A stretch of 64,000 nt of DNA from Diplonema japonicum (Eukaryota; Protista; Euglenozoa: Diplonemea). The notes below the pieces were generated by a model, which saw only the letters and a list, made by a program, of their open reading frames with translations, searched no databases and was not told where the DNA came from. Position 1 is the stretch's first letter. The number at the start of each line of letters is the position of its first letter. Shown here in pieces: positions 33,298 to 43,211 of this stretch. The stretch covers positions 186,001-250,000 of the forward strand of contig OZ025701.1 in the NCBI GenBank assembly GCA_964019335.1. The letters run 5' to 3'. A program made the translations under genes and the position numbers.

Positions 33298-33964
33298 ACA
33301 GTCACTCAACATTGTAAAAGAAATCAAATGTTTAAAAAAAAAAATAAAAATATAGAGGAAGAATGACTTTAGTTGCCCCGCCAAAGGGGGGTTTTTCTTC
33401 TTCTTTTTTTTTTCTTTTCTTTTTTTTTTCTTTGGTCCTACAGGCAACTTTAAAGTTAAAAAAAAAAATTACTTTTCGTGCAGCTAACCATTCCTTCTTT
33501 TTTTTTGATGAACAGTGTGGTTTCTCTTTCTTTCTTTTTTTTTTTTTTTCCCATTCGTTCCCTAAAAAAGTTTCAATAGTTCGTAAACAAAAAAAAAAAA
33601 GAAAAAAAAAGAAACGTAATACAGAGCACGCACATTCCTTTTATTATTATTATTTTTTTTTTTTTTTTTTTTTTTTTTTTCATGGTATTCCTCCTTCCCA
33701 GTTAGCAATCAACTCAAGGCTTATCTTGAGAAGGGAGCCAGGTCAAAAAAAAATCTTTTTCTCACCCTCTTTTTTTTCCTCTCCTCTCAATTTACTACTT
33801 CGTTCGCTGGCTGCGCCAAGGGTGAGTCATGAATCGGAGCACAAATCCTTCGAAATATCTTTACCCAGCAACGGCGAAGAACAAAAGAAAATTGAGGAGA
33901 AAAAGTCCAGTCAAATGAATTATTATTGTTATTATTATTATTTTTTTTTTTTTGTGGCTTCACT

Positions 33965-34020
33965 CGAGTGACATAAATATTCATTATTTCGCTGTGAATA
34001 AAAAAAAAAGAAATAGCTAT
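33965..34020 (+). repeat. 3'-end fragment related to the hairpin repeat family
   Basis: cgagtgacataaatattcattatttcgctgtgaataaa...aatagctat is near-identical to 38730-38770 and similar to the family-A 3' end. Confidence 0.55.
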
Positions 34021-34827
34021 ATATATATTTTTAAATATTTTTTTTTTTTGATACATCTTTTTAATGGGAAGGGGTGGGGACAAAACGAAAACAAAAAAAA
34101 AACAAAAAAAGGCCACCGCAACACTGGAGACAAAATTCTTTCTTTTTTTTTTTTTTTTTAAATTCTCCCACTGGACCGGGGACCAGGCCACCTGCAACGG
34201 GAAGACACAAGGGAAAAAAAGAAGAAAAAAAAGGGGGGAAGAAGTGGCTCCGTGCGGGAGAAGAAGTGGGCCTCGGCTCTTGTTTGAGCCAACAGAGCGT
34301 GTGACCCTCAGCCTTCACCCTTGGATAAAGAAAACGAAAACTTGGGGGGGGGGGAAGGGAATTTTTTTAAAGAACCACTCAGTTCTTTATCTATAAATTT
34401 AAGCCTCTGTGGGTTTTTCTTTTATTTTTTTTTCTTTTTCTTTTTCTTTTTTTTTTTTATTTTGCCCCGAAAGAAGTATAGAAGAAGAAAAGAAAAAAAA
34501 AGAAGGGAGGGGGGGAAAGAAAATTGGTCGCATTTAAAGTCAGATAGAGCGGATGAAAGAGACCCTTTCGGGCATAGGGGATTGGAAAAGGGGCATATAG
34601 CACATAGATGTGTGGCCTTTTTGTTGTTTAATGATCAAATGTTTAAAACTACCAAAGTATCTAGGTGCATAAGTATGTGTCGTACTATTTTTCTTTTTTT
34701 TTTTTTTCCTCCCAATCTTGTTTCTGTGTTTCTCTTCTGCTCTATATTTTTTTTTCTCCCCACCTTTTTTTTTTTTTTTTTTAATACAGATATCACTACT
34801 TTGAAAAAAAAAAAAAAAAAATGGGGT

Positions 34828-34871
<44 letters not shown>

Positions 34872-35244
34872 GGGTTTTTATATACTTAGCAGGCTGAACG
34901 GCCAAGAACTGTATTTTTTTTTTTTAATGGGGAAAAGAGATTAAAAAAAAAAAGAGAGAATTTGGTTTAACCCCCGCCGTAAATATACCCCCCTCAACTT
35001 CCGAATATTTCTCTTCGTCCTTTTTATTCAAACATCAGGGCCGTATCTACCTACCTTCATAGAAAATAGGTTCGTGTAAATTAATCATATTTTTTCTTGC
35101 CCCTTGTTATACTGTAAGTATATATGATACGACAGGGGGGGGGGTTTTTTTTTTCCATTATTTTTTTCTTTTTTTTTTTGTTCTCTTTTTATTTTCCCCT
35201 TTCCCGCAGACAACCTCCCACCGGTCCAGGGTGGGAGGGAAAAT

Positions 35245-35272
<28 letters not shown>

Positions 35273-35275
<3 letters not shown>

Positions 35276-35398
35276 TCGGTTGATTATTATTTATGCACAG
35301 CCGAGGATTAACCTGTAGAAGGATAAGCCCAACAATGCTACCACTACTCTTTTAGGACTAACAATTCATTAAATCAATATATTGTTTTTCTTGTTCAT

Positions 35399-35400
<2 letters not shown>
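35273..35400 (+). repeat. About 128-bp repeat (module B) followed by a long A-run, upstream of a family-A element
   Basis: Highly similar to 61198-61323 (gcacagccg.ggattaacctgtagaaggataagcccaacaatgctaccactactc...cttgttcatgc). Confidence 0.85.
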
Positions 35401-35440
<40 letters not shown>

Positions 35441-35484
35441 AAAAAAAAAGAAAATTGTTCAGCATTTTTTTTTTTTTTTATTTT

Positions 35485-36077
35485 TATTTCACTCTTCGTC
35501 ATTTTCTTCACTCACTAGGGGCCTCATTATTTAACGCGAAATGGCCATTATTTAACGCGAAACGGCCATTATTTAACGCGAAATCGCCATTATTTAACTA
35601 GTTAAATAATGAGATTTTGCAGTTAAATAATGGCCCTTCAGAGTGAAATAATGGCCCTTCAGAGTGAAAAAATGGGTCTTGTCGTGGAAAAAAATGCACC
35701 CAACCCCTTGAAAAATATTTTTGGGGTGGGGGTATTTTGACTATTTTTGGCCATCTGAGGCCATTCCAGCCCTTAAAAGTGGGAATAAGTGCTTTACTTC
35801 CCCTTTAAATACCACGGCGAAATAGCTACCCTGTATTACCTTAGGAAAATCCCCAAAAAGCTGACCTGCGTGAAAAAAAACAGCAGTGAAAGCAGTGAAG
35901 AGTGAGTGACTCAAATGACGAAAAGTGAAATAAAACGACTTACTTGCCGCCAAATGAGCCATTATTTAACACTCGTTACCGTTTTTTTGCACTCGGGCCC
36001 TGCGGGCCCTCGTGCAAAAAATTCGGGAACTCGAGTTAAATAATGACTCATTATTTGTTGGCAATAAATAGCTATTT
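35485..36077 (+). mobile_element. Non-autonomous hairpin element, family A, copy 1 (complete; Crypton-like architecture)
   Basis: The left end tatttcactcttcgtcatt is inverted subterminally at 35913-35935. Contains tandem ccattatttaacgcgaaa units and a long 3' palindrome (about 35956-36049) with tip gcactcgggccctgcgggccctcgtgc. Ends aatagctattt. Confidence 0.8.
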
Positions 36078-36618
36078 ATTTCACTCTTCGTCATTTTCTT
36101 CACTCACTAGGGGCCTCATTATTTAATGCGAAATGGCCATTATTTAACGCGAAACGGCCATTATTTAACTAGTTAAATAATGAGATTTTGCAGTTAAATA
36201 ATGGCCCTTCAGAGTGAAATAATGGCCCTTCAGAGTGGAAAAATGAGTCTCGCCGTGGAAAAAAATGCACCCAACCCCTTGAAAAACTTTTTTGGGGTGG
36301 GGGTATTTTGACTATTTTTGGCCATCTGAGGCCATTCCAGCCCTTAAAAGTGGGAATAAGTGCCTTACTTCCCCTTTAAATGCCACGGCGAAATAGCAAC
36401 CCCATATTACCTTAGGAAACTCCCCAAAAAGGCTGACCTGCGTGAAAAAAAAACAGCAGTGAAAGCAGTGAAGAGTGAGTGACTCAAATGACGAAGAGTG
36501 AAATAAAACGACTTACTTGCCGCCAAATGAGCCATTATTTAACTCTCGTTACCGTTTTTAAATTCGGGAACTCGAGTTAAATAATGACTCATAATTTGTT
36601 GGCAATAAATAGTTATTT
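36077..36618 (+). mobile_element. Family A, copy 2 (head-to-tail with copy 1; hairpin tip deleted)
   Basis: Near-identical to copy 1. Junction ...aatagctatttatttcactc...; ends aatagttattt. Confidence 0.8.
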
Positions 36619-37891
36619 TTTTGGCTTTCCAGAAGAAAACCCAGAGATTTGAGACGATTAAAACTTGGCTTGAGCCCTCCTCAGAGGACTAAATAAAGCC
36701 AGCCGGTTGCTTCTGTCTTCCCCCCCCTCGCCGAAAGATTCCTTTATAAAAAAAAAAAGTGATTTTGTAATTTTATAACTCCTGTTCTTTTCGTTCTTTT
36801 AGTACTTTTTTTTTTTGTTTTCCCTTTCCCCATAAGGACCCGCAGTTTCGGGCCCTTTGACAAAGACTGCTCTTTTTTTTTTCTTCTTCTTTTCTTCTTC
36901 CCCCAGATTCCTCGTTTAGTGAAAAAAGGGATGCCGACACCGATAAAATTGATTTTTTTTTTTTTTTTTTTAAAATTCTTCCCCCCTTTTTTTCCCCCCG
37001 TTTTCCTTCTTCCCTTCACCCCCCTTTTTTTTAAATGCGTGCAGTGTAGAAATAAAAAAAAAGAAAGTATGGTGAAAACAAAAAAAAAAAAAAGAAGAGA
37101 AAAAAAAAATCCCTCAGCAAAGTCAAATCAATGACCAGACCTTTTTCTTCTTTTTCCCCCTAAGCTTCTTCTGAACTGTCCCCCCACTTTTCGACGGTTG
37201 TTCGACTCTGGTCCAACTACAATCGGTGCTTACCACTGGTTATCCTCAAGCTGCCAAGGGCAACTCAAGATAGACATGGCAATTGCAACATAAGAGAGAC
37301 CTGGAAAATAAACACAAAACCTCGGAAAAAAAAAGGGGGAGGGGAGGCGTGATGCTGCTCAAGAAGAAAGAGATGAACAGGGGAAGAAAAAAAATCAAGA
37401 AGAAAAATAGTTTCATGAAATAGGTGGGGAGAGTGGAATAAAGGGAAGGGAAAAAAAAAATGAAAAAAGAAAATCACTATGATGGGAGGGGACGATAAAA
37501 AAAAAAAAATAGAAAAAGAGGTATCGATCACGGGCCACCCGCTCTCAAGTTCACTATTTCTTATTTCTTTTTTTTTTCTTTTTTCTTGAGCTCTTGCGGC
37601 TACCGATCGCCCCTAAACCATCCCAGCTTCTTAATGCCATCTCAGGTCCGGGATTGGTCCTGAGTAACAAGTCAGCTGTCGGAAAAGCCAGGGGTTGGTT
37701 GTGGTGAAAGGACTTTTTTTTATATTTATCCAGACGTTCTATTTTCTGCAGTGAGAAGGATAATAGACCCCCCCCCCCCCCCCCCCCCCTCCTTTACTAC
37801 ATCATTGTTTTTATTTTTGTCAACAACTTGCGAAAAAAAGACGAAAAGTCGGAGTTCCGTGCTTTGTCCCATTCTACATGCAATAATAAAC

Positions 37892-37924
<33 letters not shown>

Positions 37925-38536
37925 CCTGAGTCACCACCCCTCCCTCCCTTCTCCCCATGCCCTTTTTTTTTATTTTAATTTCCCTTTCTTTAAAGCAGAA
38001 AAGAGGGAGAAAAAAAAAAAAAAAAAAACCAGCAGGGGAAAGGAATTGGCCTAGGGGGGAAGGGGGAGGGACCCATTCTTCTTCTTCTTCTTCTTCTTTT
38101 TCTTCTCACTTAGAAAAAAGAAGTACTGTATATTAATGTATGGGAAAGCAGGGTGCACAAGAAACAGATTTGCCCCCCCCCCCCCCCCCCCCCTCTCTAA
38201 CCCAAAGTGCTATGAAATTGATCAGAGTAGTTTACCGCAGTGATACTGAAGCGTAGTTTGGAAAATTAATGGAACGAAAAAAAAAAAAATCTTTTTTTTT
38301 GGAAACGTAAAAATGTTTCGAAAGGGTATATCATGGAACTTTTTTTTCGATTTTTGAAAAAAAAAAAAAAAAAAAAAAAAAAACTGTCTATCCAAACCCG
38401 TATTTTTCAGTTTAGGAATTATCAATTGAGCTGGGTGGGGCGGAGTGGGGTGGGGGAAACGACAATATTGCAACTCATAACACTTCTTCCTCTTTTTAAC
38501 ACTTCTTCCTCTTTTTAGTCTCTTTTTTTCTCATAC

Positions 38537-38567
<31 letters not shown>

Positions 38568-38729
38568 AATAATGCCACACCTTAAATGAAAAATTATGCC
38601 GCTCGCACTTTGAAACAAAAAAGATATGAACCCGAAATCTTACTGTCCGGAATTTCTTTTTTTTTTTTTTTTTCCATTCTTCTTCTTCTTCTTTTTTTTC
38701 CCCCTCTCCCTTCTTTCTTTAATTTTATA

Positions 38730-38770
38730 CGAGTGACATAAATTTCATTATTTCGTTGTGAATAAATAGC
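38730..38770 (+). repeat. 3'-end fragment related to the hairpin repeat family
   Basis: cgagtgacataaatttcattatttcgttgtgaataaatagc matches the fragment starting at 33965. Confidence 0.55.
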
Positions 38771-38788
38771 AATGTTATTATTATTATC

Positions 38789-38821
<33 letters not shown>

Positions 38822-40146
38822 GAACTTCTTAGCCCATGTAGCCTCTTAAGTTCCCCTCCTTTTTTTTTTGATATCTATTGGGAGTAGAACGAAAGGAATG
38901 GAAAAGAAAAAAAAAGGAAAAAAAAAGTGGAGACGGTATGATGTTGATAATATCACACAGCTTTTTATGAATAAGAATAAACAAGAGTAACTTCGATTTA
39001 AAGTTTCAGTGCACAGGAGGGAGCACTGTTGAATCTTTCTCCCTTCTTTTTTATTATTTCCTTCTTTTTCCTTCTTTTCTTTTTGTTTTTTTTCCAAACA
39101 AACTTACTATGAGTGTGGGAGAAGCAGGGGAAGGAGACATAAGAATTTAACCTTCAATTTTTTTTTAAAGGACTGGAGCTGATAAATCAGCAAAGAAAAA
39201 AAAAAAAAAATGAATAAAAGAAAAAATCTTAGGAAACAGGACTTGACAAAAACCCAAAATCTCTATGTTTGTCCAAAGGACATTTTTTTTTTTTTTTTTT
39301 TTTTGAGTCCCTAAAATGTTTTTGAATTTTTTTTTTCTTGGTGATTTCCTCCCGTCCTTTAAGGGTTAAATACAATGCTTACGGTGATCCTTTAAGAAAT
39401 GGGGGGGGGGGGGGAAGAAAGAGGATGCCTCCCTTAACACTGTCCTTTTTTTTAATTTCTCCGCGCACCCTACATCTGATTGTGATCAATGGGTTGCACA
39501 AATATTTTTTTTTTTAATTTAAATCGAGCAAAGAGAGGTGGGGGGAGGGAGAGAAAGTGAATTTTAATTTCCTCCTCATCCCCTTAAGATGTTCTTTTTC
39601 TCCTTTTTTTTTCTTTTACACCTCTTCTTCTCTTTTTTTTAATTACTTTTTGCACTTCACCTTTTGAGTTGATTGAATGGGCTAACAACAAAAGAAACTT
39701 GTTAGTACTGTGCGGGGGGGGAGAAAAATAAAAATAAAAATAAAAACAAAAAAAGAAATTGTCGCCGAAGTGTGAGACCAATTCCTAGAAGGTCAAGGAG
39801 GCGCCAGTGGTTTTTTTAGTATCCCCCCCCCCTTTTTCTTTTTTTTTTCTCTCCTCTTTCTAAACACACACAAAAATTTTTAAAAAAAATAAAGGGAAAA
39901 GACCCCTGATATTTTTTTTAAAAAAAAAGATTTTCTGGAAGAAGAAAAGGGAGAAGAAAAATAAAAAGAAAAAGATAACAGAATACGGTCTTATAGTAAT
40001 ACTTTTTTTTTTTTAAAAAAAAAAAAAGGGGGAAAATTTCACTATGATTAGGGGAGAGGAGGGGAAGGGGGGAAAAGGGGAAAAAGTTAGCAATGACCCA
40101 TTAAAAAAAAAATGGTGATTGAATTGAGGTGAGGGGGGGGAGAGCC

Positions 40147-40183
<37 letters not shown>

Positions 40184-40261
40184 TTTGCTTATACTAATAT
40201 GTGCTTCAAAAACAAAATTTAAAAAAAAAAAAAAAAAATCGTTTTTTTTTTTTTTCTCTCT

Positions 40262-41692
40262 TCAAGCCCCCACGATACAATGATTGAGCTCACCGAGCTC
40301 CGACCCCTCCGAGCAGTCATCAGGAAAGTCCGCAAATGAAGAAAGCAAAGGAGGATTGCTAGACGATCCAGAGGTAGTGGGTTGTTCTTCTTCCTTACTC
40401 TGCACCTCATCTTCAAGACACTGTAGCAACTCCCCCCACGGCGTTGGACTTGGAGAAACTGACAGTCCAGTCAAGTCTGTAGGCGGGATGCTCAGAGACG
40501 ACGAATGACATTCTTCATAGCAATCGTCCTCCTCGTCCTCCTCCTCATGCTCTTGCGAGAGTTTTTCTTTGAAGAATGCTACACGTTCGGGATCCCAATT
40601 CGGGAGAACCTTCAACTGTTCCGGGATGTTAAAAACCCCGAACTCAGCCTCTCGTTCCGTTTCGCTTATCTCGTTAAACCTCATTTCCACGCAGTTTTCT
40701 AGTGAAACCCCGCACGATTTTGCAACAGCGTCGTAAGCTGCCATGAATTTTGCTGATTCCGGTCGAGATAACGGGCCGGGTATAAGTTTCTTTGTGATTG
40801 AAGGAGGCGGGGTTTTCCCGCCAAAAACGGAAACCATGCATGTTATGTTATCATGGCTGCCGTTTTCTATGGCATGGTCACAGACAGCTGCGGCAGCGGA
40901 GTCAACGGTTCCGGTGGGGGAGGAGAGATGTTTGGCGATAAAGGACATTAACGATTCTTCCGAAAAACAATCGTTTTCAAAAACGCCGTCGCAACAAGTT
41001 ACCAGGATATCACCTGGTTTACATGTTGCTGATATTATGTCTGGGACAGCTGTGACTTGGTGGGTGGTACAGTCGCTACCTCCTTTCTTGAAACGCCCGT
41101 CTCCGAATGCTCGAGAAATTGCGAGATCACCATTCACACGGTCGTTGAAAACAGTCCCGGAGGCGGCTTCAATCCGACGGAGCTCGTCGATGTCGGTGGG
41201 ACGGTGATCATTCGTTAATCTCTGTGTTTTCACGACAACCCCTTCATCGATGTTCGATAATATTATTCTTGAATCCCCGACGTTGACCGCTGTTAAATTA
41301 TACTGTTGATTCGACGAAGAAGAAGTGGCGATGATGAACGTTCCAGTCGATCCTGAAACATTTGAAGTAGTTGTGAAAGCTTCCAAGAATTCCTTATCGA
41401 GCTCCAACACCATTTTGTGTATTGTCGTCGGGCTCAGATTCGCCCTGTTGCTCGGCAGAATTTCCGGAAACCGGTCTCTTAAAAATTGCGAGCATTCTGC
41501 ACCACCATGGCCATCAAAAACCCCAAAGAAGACACAGTGCCCTTTTTCATGTACAAGGTGTGCGTCCTCCATCGTCGCTCGCCAGCCTGTCATTGAAGCC
41601 ACACCTATATCGTAGTAGGGTGCTGCATCGTTCCCTCCCGAATGTCTCTCGACTACTTTCGACGTCACCGGCGATGCCAGGAAAGCACCCAT
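40262..41692 (-). CDS. Protein phosphatase 2C (PPM family), 476 aa
   Basis: MGAFLASPVTSK start (possible N-myristoylation), SMTGWRATMEDAH, FFGVFDGHGG, NVGDSR, RVNGDLAISRAFGD, CCDGVFE, GSHDNIT. Confidence 0.95.
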   Translation of the reverse strand: MGAFLASPVTSKVVERHSGGNDAAPYYDIGVASMTGWRATMEDAHLVHEKGHCVFFGVFDGHGGAECSQFLRDRFPEILPSNRANLSPTTIHKMVLELDKEFLEAFTTTSNVSGSTGTFIIATSSSSNQQYNLTAVNVGDSRIILSNIDEGVVVKTQRLTNDHRPTDIDELRRIEAASGTVFNDRVNGDLAISRAFGDGRFKKGGSDCTTHQVTAVPDIISATCKPGDILVTCCDGVFENDCFSEESLMSFIAKHLSSPTGTVDSAAAAVCDHAIENGSHDNITCMVSVFGGKTPPPSITKKLIPGPLSRPESAKFMAAYDAVAKSCGVSLENCVEMRFNEISETEREAEFGVFNIPEQLKVLPNWDPERVAFFKEKLSQEHEEEDEEDDCYEECHSSSLSIPPTDLTGLSVSPSPTPWGELLQCLEDEVQSKEEEQPTTSGSSSNPPLLSSFADFPDDCSEGSELGELNHCIVGA

Positions 41693-42024
41693 TAAAGGAG
41701 ACCCTGGGGCCACCCTTCCTAGTTATCCCCCTCCACCTTTTTCTTTTTTTTTCCTTTTTACGGTCCTTTTTTTTTATTTATTTATTTTCTTTTTTTATTT
41801 GTGTTGTGGAAAAAAAAATAATTTTTTTTTATGTGCCCTGTGGATGATTTTTTTTTTTTTTTTTTTCCAGAAGAAAATTTTTGAAAGAAAAAAAAAATAT
41901 GGAATGGAATCATTATGATCAAAAAAAAGAAGGGGGGGGGAAACAGAGAGAGAGAAAAAAAAAAGACACTGGAGTATGAAAAAAAAAAAACGCTCGTTTT
42001 TTTTTTTTTTTTTTTTTGTTACGA

Positions 42025-42471
42025 TCATCCCTCAACAGGCTGTGGGGGAGGTTCGCTGATATATTTGATGAGGCACGCTTTCAGGTCACCGTCGCTCTGT
42101 TTGTTGTTCGAACGTGGAAGAATGTGTGCATACCTCTTTCAGAAATCGCTCGGCCACATCTGTTTTCATGCCTGTGTGGGTGGCAAGGACCTTAACATCA
42201 CTCTTTTCAACTTTAATCTTCGCAAGTGCCCGCTCCTTCTCCCTTTTTGTCGCATACGCCTTATCCTGTTAAAAGAAAATTGAAAGGAAATGTATCAAAC
42301 ACACCTGCTCCTCCCTCAATCTCAAAAATGCTTTTTCAATAGTTTTCGCGTCAATCTTAACCTGAACAAGTTTTTTTTTTTTTTTTTTTAAAATATCTTC
42401 TATACCTCCTTTTCCTCCTCATCAGGCCCAGTCATGGCATCTAACGCTCTGTCTTGCTCTGCTTTCGCCAT
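42025..42471 (-). CDS. HYPK: HYPK-like protein (huntingtin-interacting protein K / NatA regulator), 108 aa, 4 exons; absent from the ORF track
   Basis: Exons 42471-42406, 42361-42305, 42265-42134, 42096-42025. Phase-0 GT-AG introns of 44, 39 and 37 nt. Product MAKAEQDRALDAMTGPDEEEKEVKIDAKTIEKAFLRLREEQDKAYATKREKERALAKIKVEKSDVKVLATHTGMKTDVAERFLKESDGDLKACLIKYISEPPPQPVEG has a HYPK-type UBA-like C-terminus. Confidence 0.82.
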
Positions 42472-42856
42472 TTTTTTTTTTTTTTATAAATACAAGGTAT
42501 TATTCTTTTATTATGATGAACAGAAACACTTGTTCTATCGACGATAGTAGTTATCAACAAGAAGATGTTTGGCTGCGCTAGGAAGGAAAGGTGAAGGCGC
42601 CAGAACCCTGCATGAGTTGTCTAAACAAAAAATTAGACGCCATCTCGAGGTAGAGCAAGGGCGGGGGCCCAAAAATGAAAAGCCGGCTGCGATACAAAAT
42701 AACCTCCTTATTAGGTAAAAGGTCTGCAACCATTGCGAACTGCCAAAAAGAACGTTTTTTCTTTGTGGAGGAATCTAAAAATAAAAAAAACGGAAATAAT
42801 ATAAGAACTGAATTCAGAAAGGGGAGAGGGGAAGAGGATAAAAAAAAAATGGAAAA

Positions 42857-42887
<31 letters not shown>

Positions 42888-43211
42888 CGGTTTTTTTCTT
42901 TTTTTTTTTCTCATCCCTCTAAAACTGCTAGAGTCAAAACCCTCATATCAGTCTTAGCCTTTGAACACTTTAAAAGATATGAAACGTCAATGAAAAGGGA
43001 GAGAAAAAAAAAACATTTTTTAAAAAAATGGGGGGGTAACACACTGCGTCCACTTACCAATACGGCTAAGAAAGCCGGAGTTGGCGATTGGGAGGGGGAG
43101 GGGGGAAATGATCTTCTTTTTTTCTTCTTCTTCTTTTTTTTTTTTTTTTTTTTGCAAAGGATGGAATGGTGATCAATAAATAATGAGAAACAAAAAAAAA
43201 AAAAACACTTC

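Noticed and set aside
35520-35670. Tandem ~21-bp repeats as a CRISPR array
   Set aside because: No unique spacers, no cas genes, eukaryotic context; they are internal repeats of family A.
37160-37310. Possible hidden minus-strand exon (ttccag acceptor, gtaag donor)
   Set aside because: No linked start or neighbouring exons, no recognisable product, and the donor does not fit the local GTRT pattern.
42266-42304. TAA read as a sense codon (in-frame TAA in a 39-nt segment of HYPK)
   Set aside because: The segment has GT...pyrimidine-rich...CAG intron features and HYPK reads better without it; no conserved CDS requires TAA as sense.
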